From an uncultured bacterium (lineage in GTDB: Bacteria > Acidobacteriota > Thermoanaerobaculia > Multivoradales > JAHZIX01), in the NCBI GenBank assembly GCA_965368975.1, contig CBDUPA010000001.1, positions 256,001 to 320,000 of the forward strand: DNA of 64,000 bases. Reading direction: 5' to 3'. Position numbers and translations under genes: made by a program. The number at the start of each line of letters is the position of its first letter. Position 1 is the first letter of the stretch. Below the pieces are notes generated by a model that was given only the letters and a program-made list of their open reading frames with translations, searched no databases and was not told the origin of the DNA. Positions 40,266 to 49,300 of this stretch are shown here, piece by piece.

Positions 40266-41660
40266 TCAGTCGTCGAGCGCCGGCTGCAGCCGTTCCTGCA
40301 AGGTGCGCATCCAGGCGCCGTCCCACCACTCCTTCGGATCGACCGCCAGGCCGCGGAGCATCAGCGTGAAGTGCAGGTGGTCGCCGCCCGCCATGCCGGT
40401 GGCCCCGGTGCGGCCGACGTCCTGCCCGCGCTCGACGGTGTCGCCGACGGCGACATCGATGCCCGACAGGTGGGCGTACAGGCTCATGACACCGTAGCCG
40501 TGATCGAGCACGACGGTGTTGCCGTAGATCCCGAAGTACTCGGCCAGCACCACGCGGCCGCTGTTGGCCGCCGGGACTGGCGCTCGCCGCACCGACGCCA
40601 GGTCGTAGCCCAGGTGGTCCTGGGTATCGACCGGCCGGCCCTGGTACTCGTACGTGCGGCGCGCCGCGAAGGGCGACATGACGGCGCTGCGCGGCAGCTG
40701 CAGGAAGCGCCCCTGCCACAGCTGCTCCGGCACCGAGTTCTTGCCCAAAGCCTGGAGCTGCTCTGCGTTGCGGGCGCGCAGTTCGCTGTTCATCTTCAGG
40801 TAGTCGGCCAGCAGGTCACCCGTGCCCGCCATTTCTGGTGTCGCGGCCAGAATCGCCGGCACGACCTTGGCCAGGAAGGCGTCGTCGAGCCGGATGTTGC
40901 CGGTCTGCAGCGGCCGCGGTCGGAAGCTGTCGACGAACGGGATCGACACCCGATTGCCCAGCGCGTCCTCGGCCACCAGGCGTAGCTGCGCCGTGCCGTC
41001 GAGGTCGTAGGGTAGGCCGAAGAGCGCGAATTTCTCTTCACCCGGCCGGTCGCGACCGGGGGCATCGTAGCCCGGGAACCACCAGTCGCCGGCCTGCACA
41101 CCATGCAGCGTCGCCGTCGGCCCCACGCGGTAGGTGACCAGTGCGCTACCGCCCTGGATGCCACTGGTGTTGCCCGAGGTCACCGCGATGCTCGGCGGCG
41201 TCAAATGCACGTGCGTCTCGTGTCGCTCGAGGGCTGGCGCCGGCCGTCGCAGCCAGGTCCCTGCCGTCTCCGCCTCGACCACCAGCACCGCCGGTCCTTC
41301 CACCAATCCCGGTAGGGTCTCCTTGCCCACTTCGACCTGCGTCGACCACGTGCGCGTGCCGGTAGCCCAGAACGCCCAGAACGAGGTTGGTTCGAACGCT
41401 TCCGACACCAGTTCGTACGTCGTGTCCTGCTGTTCGAGCCACACTCGCACCGGTCCCAATCCACGCTTGCCGGCGGTCGCGGTCACCTGCACTTGCGTGC
41501 TCGGTCCGATTCCGGGGCGGTCGAGCTGCAGATCGAGGGTCGGCGTCTGTCCGACCAAGAACCAAGCCGCGAGGCCGACCACGGCGAGCACGAGAATGAG
41601 CCGAAAGACGAGCGCACGGGGAGAGCGCCGCCGGTGGTCGCGGATCAGGGTACTGGACAT
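40266..41660 (-). CDS. M23 family metallopeptidase
   Basis: N-terminal TM; HLGYD, YGNTVVLDHG, YAHLS, GDHLHF. Confidence 0.9.
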   Translation of the reverse strand: MSSTLIRDHRRRSPRALVFRLILVLAVVGLAAWFLVGQTPTLDLQLDRPGIGPSTQVQVTATAGKRGLGPVRVWLEQQDTTYELVSEAFEPTSFWAFWATGTRTWSTQVEVGKETLPGLVEGPAVLVVEAETAGTWLRRPAPALERHETHVHLTPPSIAVTSGNTSGIQGGSALVTYRVGPTATLHGVQAGDWWFPGYDAPGRDRPGEEKFALFGLPYDLDGTAQLRLVAEDALGNRVSIPFVDSFRPRPLQTGNIRLDDAFLAKVVPAILAATPEMAGTGDLLADYLKMNSELRARNAEQLQALGKNSVPEQLWQGRFLQLPRSAVMSPFAARRTYEYQGRPVDTQDHLGYDLASVRRAPVPAANSGRVVLAEYFGIYGNTVVLDHGYGVMSLYAHLSGIDVAVGDTVERGQDVGRTGATGMAGGDHLHFTLMLRGLAVDPKEWWDGAWMRTLQERLQPALDD

Positions 41661-41837
41661 CGTCGTAGACCTGTCTTGCTTGTCGTGGTGGCGGGAGGGA
41701 ATGCCGGTGCGTTCGGCCTGAGTGTCGAGGGCGTTTGGGAGGCGGTGGTGGGGCGCTTCGGAGGGTCGCGGGCGCCTTGATTGGCGCGGCTAGAGTATAG
41801 CATCGGCTTGTGCTGGCGGTGATAGCTTGCGCTCACA

Positions 41838-42725
41838 ATGTTGCGTGTCCTCGAACTATTCTGTGGCATCGGTGGTTGTGCTGCGGCGGTGCATGCCTGG
41901 GCACAGGAGTCGGAGGTCGTGCACGCGCTGGATGTCAATCCCATCGCACTCGACGTCTACCGGCACAACTTCGACCATCCCGTCCAGGCTCGGCTGCTCG
42001 ACCACCTACCGATCGCCGAGCTGGCGGCCTTCGACGCCGACCTGTGGTGGCTGTCACCGCCCTGTCAGCCCTACACGCGCCGCGGCTTGCAGCGCGATGA
42101 CGAAGACCCGCGCGCCAAGACGTTGCTGCGCCTGTTGACGGCGATCGAGACACTCCAGCCCCGCCTTCTGGCTTTGGAGAACGTTCCGGGCTTCGACGGT
42201 TCCCGCACGCACGCGCGTCTGCGTCTGATTCTCGAGGCAGCCGGCTACGACCTGCGCGAGCAACTGCTGTGCCCGACGCAGCTGGGTATCCCGAACCGGC
42301 GCCAGCGTTTCTACTTGATCGCGTCGCGGACCCGTCTGGCACCTGCGATGGCGCTCGAACCAAGGCGCCGGTCGCTGTCCGGCTTCGTCGATCACTCGCT
42401 CGACGACGACCCCCGCCTGCACGTCGACGCCGACCTGCTGCGTCGCTATGAAGGAGCCTTGCACCTCGTCGAAGCGCAAGATCCGGACGCTGTCACCAAC
42501 TGCTTCACCTCCGCCTACGGCCGCTCGCCAGTCCGCAGCGGTTCTTATCTACGCCTACCGGAGGGCCGCGTGCGCCGGTTCGCGCCGTCCGAGATCGTGC
42601 GCTTGCTCGGCTTCAGTGACACCTTCCGCTGGCCGGACCAGGTGTCCTTGGCCAACGCCTGGCGGCTCGCGGGCAACAGCCTGTCCGTCGATGCGGTGCG
42701 GGTGGTGTTGGGACAGCTCTGGTGA
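41838..42725 (+). CDS. C5-cytosine methyltransferase of the Dnmt2 (tRNA C38) type
   Basis: ELFCGIGG, SPPCQPYTR, ENV, PNRRQRFY, CFTSAYG, LAGNSLSV. Confidence 0.85.
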   Translation: MLRVLELFCGIGGCAAAVHAWAQESEVVHALDVNPIALDVYRHNFDHPVQARLLDHLPIAELAAFDADLWWLSPPCQPYTRRGLQRDDEDPRAKTLLRLLTAIETLQPRLLALENVPGFDGSRTHARLRLILEAAGYDLREQLLCPTQLGIPNRRQRFYLIASRTRLAPAMALEPRRRSLSGFVDHSLDDDPRLHVDADLLRRYEGALHLVEAQDPDAVTNCFTSAYGRSPVRSGSYLRLPEGRVRRFAPSEIVRLLGFSDTFRWPDQVSLANAWRLAGNSLSVDAVRVVLGQLW

Positions 42726-42737
42726 ATGGAGCCGGTG

Positions 42738-42945
42738 AGGGCGCACGTCCGTGCGCCCCTACATCCCACCCGTTCCCCCGACTCGCTTACGCATGGCATG
42801 GGCGTGCCGGTGTCTGGTCCTTTCGTCGGGCCGCACAACACCGGTAGTAGATCGTAAGAATGCGTTTCTGTGCCGGGTTGTTTGTCCGTATGCGCAACGA
42901 GATGGGGGCCAGGGCGGGGGGTAGGGGCGCACGGACGTGCGCCCT
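42738..42945. repeat. REPIN-like element: two inverted 25-bp GTAG-type REPs
   Basis: 42738-42762 is the exact reverse complement of GTAGGGGCGCACGGACGTGCGCCCT at 42921-42945; each copy is internally palindromic. Confidence 0.75.
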
Positions 42946-42964
42946 TCCGGATCTGGATCCGCGC

Positions 42965-44572
42965 CTAATCCACCATCCGCGCCAACCGTTTCGCCACCGT
43001 CTTCAACACCTCGACGCGCGCGAAGCGCTTGTCGTTGGCGGGAACCAGGTGCCAGGGGGCGAACTCGCTGCTGGTGCGGGCGATCATCTCGTCGGCGGCG
43101 AGTTCGTAGTCCGCCCAGCGTTCGCGGTTGCGCCAGTCGTCGGGGGTGATCTTGTAGTTCTTGTAGTCGACCTGCTCGCGCTCGCGGAAGCGACGGAGCT
43201 GTTCTTCCGGGTCGATGTGCAACCAGAACTTGAGCAGCAGGATGCCGTGATTGCACAGCTGTTCTTCGAAGTGGTTGATCTCGTTGTAAGCGCGACGCCA
43301 TTCGGGCTCCTCGGCGTAGCCCTCGACGCGCTCGACGAGCACGCGTCCGTACCAGCTGCGGTCGAAGATGGTCGTGTGCCCGGCGCGTGGCAGGTGACGC
43401 CAGAAGCGCCAGAGATAGTGGTGCGACAGCTCGACGGCGTCAGGGGCACCGATGGGGATGGCGCGGTAGTAGCGGGCGTGCAGGGCGCGGGTGAGCCGGC
43501 GGATGGCGCCGCCCTTGCCGCCGGCGTCCCAGCCTTCGAACACCAAGATGGTGGAGATACCGCGTCGGCGCGCTTCCAGACTGGCGCCGCGCAGCAGGCC
43601 CTGGTACTTGTCGCGTCGACGCCGGTACTTGCCTTTCGACAGGTGCTGGCTCAGGTCGAGGTGGCTGAGGACCGTCGGCTGCGACGGTAGAAGTGGGGAA
43701 AGCACCAGAGTCGGGGGCTCTTTGCGTTCCAGGAGATCGGGCTCGTCGCTGGCGGGCTCGTCGCTGGCGGGCTCGTCGCTGGCGGGTGCTGGCGGTGCTT
43801 CGGGTGGTTGGTTCTCGGGTGGTTGGGCGTCGAGGCCACTGGTGAGGGCCTCCAGGACCAGGCGGCCGACGGTCAGGTTGCGGTAGCGCTCGTCGCCGCT
43901 CTCGACCACCTGCCAGGGAGCTTCAGCGGTGCTGGTGCGACGCAGAATCCGCTCGGCGACCCGGATGCCGTGGTCATAGTCCTCGGTCACCCAGCGGTCG
44001 AAGGCGGACAGCTGCCAGTCGCGCGCGCGCCAGTCGTCGCCGTCCAACGTCTCGCCGTCGACGTGCTCGCCGTTCTCCAACTCCTCGAGGTGCCGACGGT
44101 GCTCTTCGCGACTGCGGTGGAGCCAGACCTTGAGCAGCACGAAGCCATCGTCGGCCAGCATCGTTTCGAAGCGGGAAATGTCCTCGGTGGCGCGGTCGAG
44201 CTGGCTGTCGTCGATGCGCTTGTGGACGTGCTCGACCACGGCACGCATCGACCAGGCATCGACGAACACGCCCATGTGGCCATCGGCGGGCAGGCAGCGC
44301 CAATACCGCCAGTACTCGGGACGCTCTTGCTCTTCGTCGGTCGGGGTGTCGAAGGCATGGACGGCCAGAAACTTGGCGTCCATCCAGTCGTGCAGCTCGT
44401 TGAGCACCTGGTTGACGCTTTCGCGGTCGTCACCGGCGAGCAACAGGAGTACCGGGAAATCGGCCTTGCGCAAGCGGTGCTGGGCTTGCACCAAGGCCGT
44501 GCGCAAGGCCGGCACGGCTTCGCGGTAGGACTCTTTGTCGATCGTTCGACCCAATTCGGCAGCTTCAAACAT
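42965..44572 (-). CDS. pap: Polyphosphate:AMP phosphotransferase (two-domain PPK2)
   Basis: MFEAAELG start; FEGWDAGGKGGAIRR, FDRSWYGRVLVERVEG, DWRNRERW. Confidence 0.92.
   Translation of the reverse strand: MFEAAELGRTIDKESYREAVPALRTALVQAQHRLRKADFPVLLLLAGDDRESVNQVLNELHDWMDAKFLAVHAFDTPTDEEQERPEYWRYWRCLPADGHMGVFVDAWSMRAVVEHVHKRIDDSQLDRATEDISRFETMLADDGFVLLKVWLHRSREEHRRHLEELENGEHVDGETLDGDDWRARDWQLSAFDRWVTEDYDHGIRVAERILRRTSTAEAPWQVVESGDERYRNLTVGRLVLEALTSGLDAQPPENQPPEAPPAPASDEPASDEPASDEPDLLERKEPPTLVLSPLLPSQPTVLSHLDLSQHLSKGKYRRRRDKYQGLLRGASLEARRRGISTILVFEGWDAGGKGGAIRRLTRALHARYYRAIPIGAPDAVELSHHYLWRFWRHLPRAGHTTIFDRSWYGRVLVERVEGYAEEPEWRRAYNEINHFEEQLCNHGILLLKFWLHIDPEEQLRRFREREQVDYKNYKITPDDWRNRERWADYELAADEMIARTSSEFAPWHLVPANDKRFARVEVLKTVAKRLARMVD
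43741..43785. repeat. 15-bp tandem repeat x3 (PASDE linker in PPK2)
   Basis: GCTCGTCGCTGGCGG repeated three times. Confidence 0.9.
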
Positions 44573-44727
44573 GATCCCTGCACGCTAGCGTCAAAGCAGC
44601 GGGAGGGTCAAGGAGAGCCGTAGAGTAGAGCCGCAGCGACCCGCCTCCGCCGTGACCCCCTGAATCCACGGCCCGGCGGTTGACGAAGACCGCCATGGAC
44701 CCTATTCTTCTGAGGATTCCTACAACC

Positions 44728-46353
44728 ATGAGCACCCCCCACCGCTCCCTCGACAGCTGTCCCACTCGTGCTGCGCGCCCTCCGCGTGTTCCGCGCCCAT
44801 GGAAACCAGGCCTGGTGGTGCTGGCGGCACTGCTCGCAGGGGCTTTGTGGGTGCCACCGGAGGCCGAGGCCGCGGGGCTCAGTCAACGCCAGTTGCAGGT
44901 CGAAGGTCGTATCCTCTACGTCGTTCCCGCCAACCTCGACGACGATCCACGACGCGACCTGGTCGTCTTCCACATCAGCGGTCAAGGCCGTCGCGCGGTG
45001 CGCCGAGCATCCGTCTTCCGGCATCGCGTCGGTGGACAGTTCAGCGCCGTGCCGGACATCACGTGGACTCTCGACCCCGGTGTCGTGGCGGTCGATATCT
45101 ACGAGCCCCCCGTGGTGCCCCCGCGGTCCCCGGAGGGAACACGGGACGGGCAGGCCAGCGCACCGCGGGCGCAGCTCTTCTCGCTGCGTCCGGACGGGGT
45201 CTACCGCCACGAGTTCACCGGCCACCGCACGCCGCCGCGGGCCCGCCGTGTCGCGACGGCGGCGTTGGGGCACCTGCAACCGGCACCCGACGATCTCGTT
45301 CTCTTCGACTTCGCGGCTGACTTCGATCCCACGACCGGTGTGCCCGGGACCCCCGAGTTTCTGCTGCCGACGGTGCCCAACTTCACGCTGCTGCGCCAGG
45401 CGCCGAACGCTGGCGACGAGCTGGCCCGCATCGAAGTACCTGTGCGGCCACAGGCGAGCTACGGCACGCGCAGCCTGTGGGATGCCCCCGCCGCTTCGGT
45501 GATCGGACGCCTGAGCCTGCCTCTGCCCACCGCCGCCGACCAGAACGGCGACGGCGGCAGCGATCTGATCTTCCTGCGCCACGAGCGTCTGATTGTCGTC
45601 CACCTCGACCAGGTCGACGCCCAGGGTCGTGCCGCCGCGGACGTCTTCGAAGTCGACATCCTCGACCCCGAGGCCGCGGACGAAGCGCCATTCACCGTGC
45701 TGCACCGCCTGGTCGACCTACAAGGCGACGGCCGCGTCGACCTGGTCGCCGCCGTCTTCCGCGACGCCGGCCTGTTCGAGCCCGAAGGTCGCATCATGGT
45801 CTTCCGCGGCCGCGCCGATGGCACCTTCGCCGCGCAGGCCGACCAGCAGCTGGCCGTCGACAGTGGCCAGTACTTCCTGACGCTGATCGAAGACCTCACC
45901 GGCAATGGCCGGCGAGAGATCCTGATGCCCGCCGCCAAGATCGGTGTCTTCGGTCTGATCAAACTGCTGACTGGTCGCAAGTTGTCCTTCACCTTCGTCA
46001 GCTTCGATCCCAAGGCCGACGGGGCCTACGATACCGGACGCGACACCCGCACCTCACTGCGCGCCCTGATCTCGGAGCGCAACGACGTCTCGGTGGTGTT
46101 CTTCGCGGATGTCGACGGAGACAGCGTGCTCGATCTGCTGATCGGTTCTCAGGACGACGCGGTATGCGTCCATCAAGGGAGCGTCGAGAACGGGCGCTGG
46201 GAGTTTCCGTCGCGGCCCTCGGAGTGCATCCCTGAAAGCCCCTTCGCCACCTTCCTGCATGCGGACCTGGACGGAGACGGCCGGGAAGACTTGATGTCCT
46301 ACGGCGTGCGGGGCAAGGCGTCGAAGACGCTGACGGTGACGTTCGTGCGCTGA
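44728..46353 (+). CDS. Secreted FG-GAP/VCBS repeat protein
   Basis: Signal peptide; DQNGDGGSDL, DLQGDGRVDL, DVDGDSVLDL, DLDGDGREDL; TTGACG-17-TATTCT upstream. Start uncertain. Confidence 0.8.
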   Translation: MSTPHRSLDSCPTRAARPPRVPRPWKPGLVVLAALLAGALWVPPEAEAAGLSQRQLQVEGRILYVVPANLDDDPRRDLVVFHISGQGRRAVRRASVFRHRVGGQFSAVPDITWTLDPGVVAVDIYEPPVVPPRSPEGTRDGQASAPRAQLFSLRPDGVYRHEFTGHRTPPRARRVATAALGHLQPAPDDLVLFDFAADFDPTTGVPGTPEFLLPTVPNFTLLRQAPNAGDELARIEVPVRPQASYGTRSLWDAPAASVIGRLSLPLPTAADQNGDGGSDLIFLRHERLIVVHLDQVDAQGRAAADVFEVDILDPEAADEAPFTVLHRLVDLQGDGRVDLVAAVFRDAGLFEPEGRIMVFRGRADGTFAAQADQQLAVDSGQYFLTLIEDLTGNGRREILMPAAKIGVFGLIKLLTGRKLSFTFVSFDPKADGAYDTGRDTRTSLRALISERNDVSVVFFADVDGDSVLDLLIGSQDDAVCVHQGSVENGRWEFPSRPSECIPESPFATFLHADLDGDGREDLMSYGVRGKASKTLTVTFVR

Positions 46354-46386
46354 GGGTGGGGACTGGGGGGTAAGATTGCGTAGCTC

Positions 46387-49300
46387 ATGAACAAGAAACT
46401 ACGTGTTTTACACCTGTCAGATTTTCACTTCATCGCGCGCCCGAGCGGCTCAGAAGACAACGCTACACGCGATGAACCTCCGCTTCGCGAATGGCAACGG
46501 CGCGCCACGCTGACGGCGCTGTTGGCCAAGCTAAGAGAGCTGAAGGCGGAAGGGCTGGGACCGGATCTCGTCTGTCTGACCGGGGACATTGCCAACCACG
46601 GCAAGCGTGAGGAGTTTCAGGAAGCCGAGCGCTACTTCCATAAAGTTGCCGAAGTTCTGGAACTGGAACCGCGCGAGCGATTCTTCGTGGTTCCGGGCAA
46701 TCACGACGTGGATCGAAGCAAGGTCACGCTGGGCGATACAGCGATCCAGGCGGCACTGACGGATTCGGAGAGCGTCGCAAGCATACTGGACGATCGAGGT
46801 GTGATGACGGGCGTACTAGGGCGCCGGCTCGAAGAGTTTTATGCTTTTACTGAGCGCCTGTGCGGCTCGGCGCGGGCTTGGCCGTTGAACCGGCCGTGGC
46901 ATGTTGTTGTGCCTCAGGTCAATGGTATTCGTGTCGGCATGGTTCAGTTGAATTCTGCATGGACCTCAGGACAGGCTGGCGAGGATGGGAGCTTAGTGAT
47001 CGGGGAGGTTCAGGTCTATGAAGCACTACAAGAGGCTGAGGATGCGCACGTTACGTTCGTGCTAGTGCACCATCCACTGGAAGCGTTGCAGAGTTGGGAC
47101 CGGTTGGGAATTCGACGTCTGATGATGGGGCCGATGGGAACTCACTTTCTGTTTCGGGGGCACTATCATGAGAATGAGGTGCTTGATTTTCGGGTGCCAG
47201 GAGGCGAAGGCTATACGGAACTGGCGGCGGGTGCTACTTACCCAGGAACTGGTTGGAGAAAGCATTTCTATTTATTATCTCTGGACTTCGAGGCAGGTAG
47301 CGGGAAACTGCGAAGTTTCGAGTACAGCTCTGGAGACGGAGGCTTCTGGGCGCCTGATACCCGAAGTCATCGTGCGTTTAGGAGCGGAGGTTGTGTCTTC
47401 GCCTTGCCAGGGAAGAAGATGGTGGCCGAAGGCAAAAGGAACTATGACGGTATGACGATAGGGAAAGTTCGATTTGGTGTAGCCGTGAAGCACTATCGTG
47501 CTGCTGTCGCAGCAGTCCATGGGGCAGTACGTTTTGTTGGCTTTGGTGACAGCAGCCCCCGGCCCAATGTTCAGGTAGAACAGCTCTTTGTACCAATGAG
47601 GCTTGTCTGGCGCGGTGCTGCAAGGCAACATGATTTGAGTACGCAAGAATTGCTCTCTCGGCTCTTGACCTCTCGCAGACCGAATCGGCTCGTAGTACTG
47701 GGCGACCCCGGAAGTGGAAAGACAACTCTCTGCCGCTTCCTGGCCAGTGCGATTGCAGGAGGTGTCCCCGGTCTTCAGAATCGCAGCGTGTTTGATGACT
47801 CCGAACTACTGCCGCTTTTCTTGCCCTTCCGAGACTATGTGCGCGAGCAGCGCAAGGATAGTAGTCTGAGTCTGGTAGATTACCTATATAGGCAAGCTAC
47901 TGGGCATCTACAAGTGCCGTTGCCGAATATGTTTTTTCAGCAAATACTCGTAAATGGCGGCGCTGTCATGCTCCTCGACGGTCTAGACGAGGTCGGCTCT
48001 GCAGGAGAGAGGGAGGAGATGAGAGTTCGGGTCGTGGCATTCTGCCGGCTATACGAACGTGTACCGGTTCTCGTCACAAGCCGGATTGCTGGCTATGATC
48101 AAGCACCACTGCAGAGTAGTGATGGGATGTTTCCTGCGCTGCAGCTCGCCGCCTTCTCGAACGTTGATTTGAAGTTGTTTGTTCGTAATTGGTATAGATT
48201 AGTTGAGGCAGGGGATGTGCGGGCTCAGGATGAGGGGGCTACTGAACTCCTAGCAGCCTTCGCAGCGGATCCGCGCGTTCAGGAACTGGCGCGAAATCCA
48301 ATGTTGGCGACCCTGATAGCGTTGGTTCATAGGTATGAGGCACATCTTCCGGGGGAGCGGGCCAAGCTTTATGAACTGTGTGTCAAGACGATGTTGGAGA
48401 CGTGGCCCGCAGCTCGGCGCATGCAATTTTTAGATATCGATGAAGGCCTGCAGAGATTTCTCTTGGAGCAGCTAGCATTCCGGATGCAGGAGCGCCGTTC
48501 ACACGGTGATGATGGTGAGGTCTCCACGACAGAGGAACAATTAATATTAGATCTCACGGAAATCGCGAGTGAGCTACTTGATGTTGGGAGTTATCCGCCG
48601 GGCCACCGCCATCTGGTCAGGCGGTGGGTTCGATTCCTGCAAGAAGGTACTGGGTTGCTCGTTGAGCAGCAATTGCACGTATTCTCCTTTTTTCATTTGT
48701 CCTTGCTTGAGTATCTTTCTGCTTGCGGCTTGGAGCGCCAAGCTTATCAAGCTAGTCAGGAGCTTGCACGAGAAGTTGCTGCACGTTTTGTTGATCCGGT
48801 ATGGCGGGAGGTGTGTCTGTTGACAGTCGGAGTTCATGCGGTAGACAAGGGTTTTTTGGACAACCTTTTTGAGGAGGTAGCAGGGCGCTCAGGTAGTTGG
48901 AGTTTTCTGCTTGCCTGCCTACGGGAGGAGGCGAACTTCTCTGCTAGCCAGCGTTCCAAGATTTTGGATGGTGCAGCGAGAGACCTTTTGGACCGTGATG
49001 TAGGCACTTGGGAGATGGAGCAGCGCATGTTCGACGAGTTGCTCCGCTTCTCTCGTCGACACCATGCGGCAGCGAGAGCCTGGTTAGCGCACCAGATGGA
49101 GAGAAGGGAGGCCAGTCTGATTCAGGGTGCCATCGCACTTCGTCTTCACCGCCGGTCCGAGACTCTGGCAGAACTCCAAGTGGTTGCCAAACCAGAAGTG
49201 ATTGCACCGGCGTTGCTGGACTTCTGGCCCAGCGAGCTAGGGCGTTGGGCTACCAATGTCCTGCCAACCGAGGAGGTACTACAGTGGGCGTACCAAGGTC

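Noticed and set aside
41838-42725. Type II restriction-modification system
   Set aside because: No endonuclease or Vsr neighbour, and the CFT motif points to Dnmt2.
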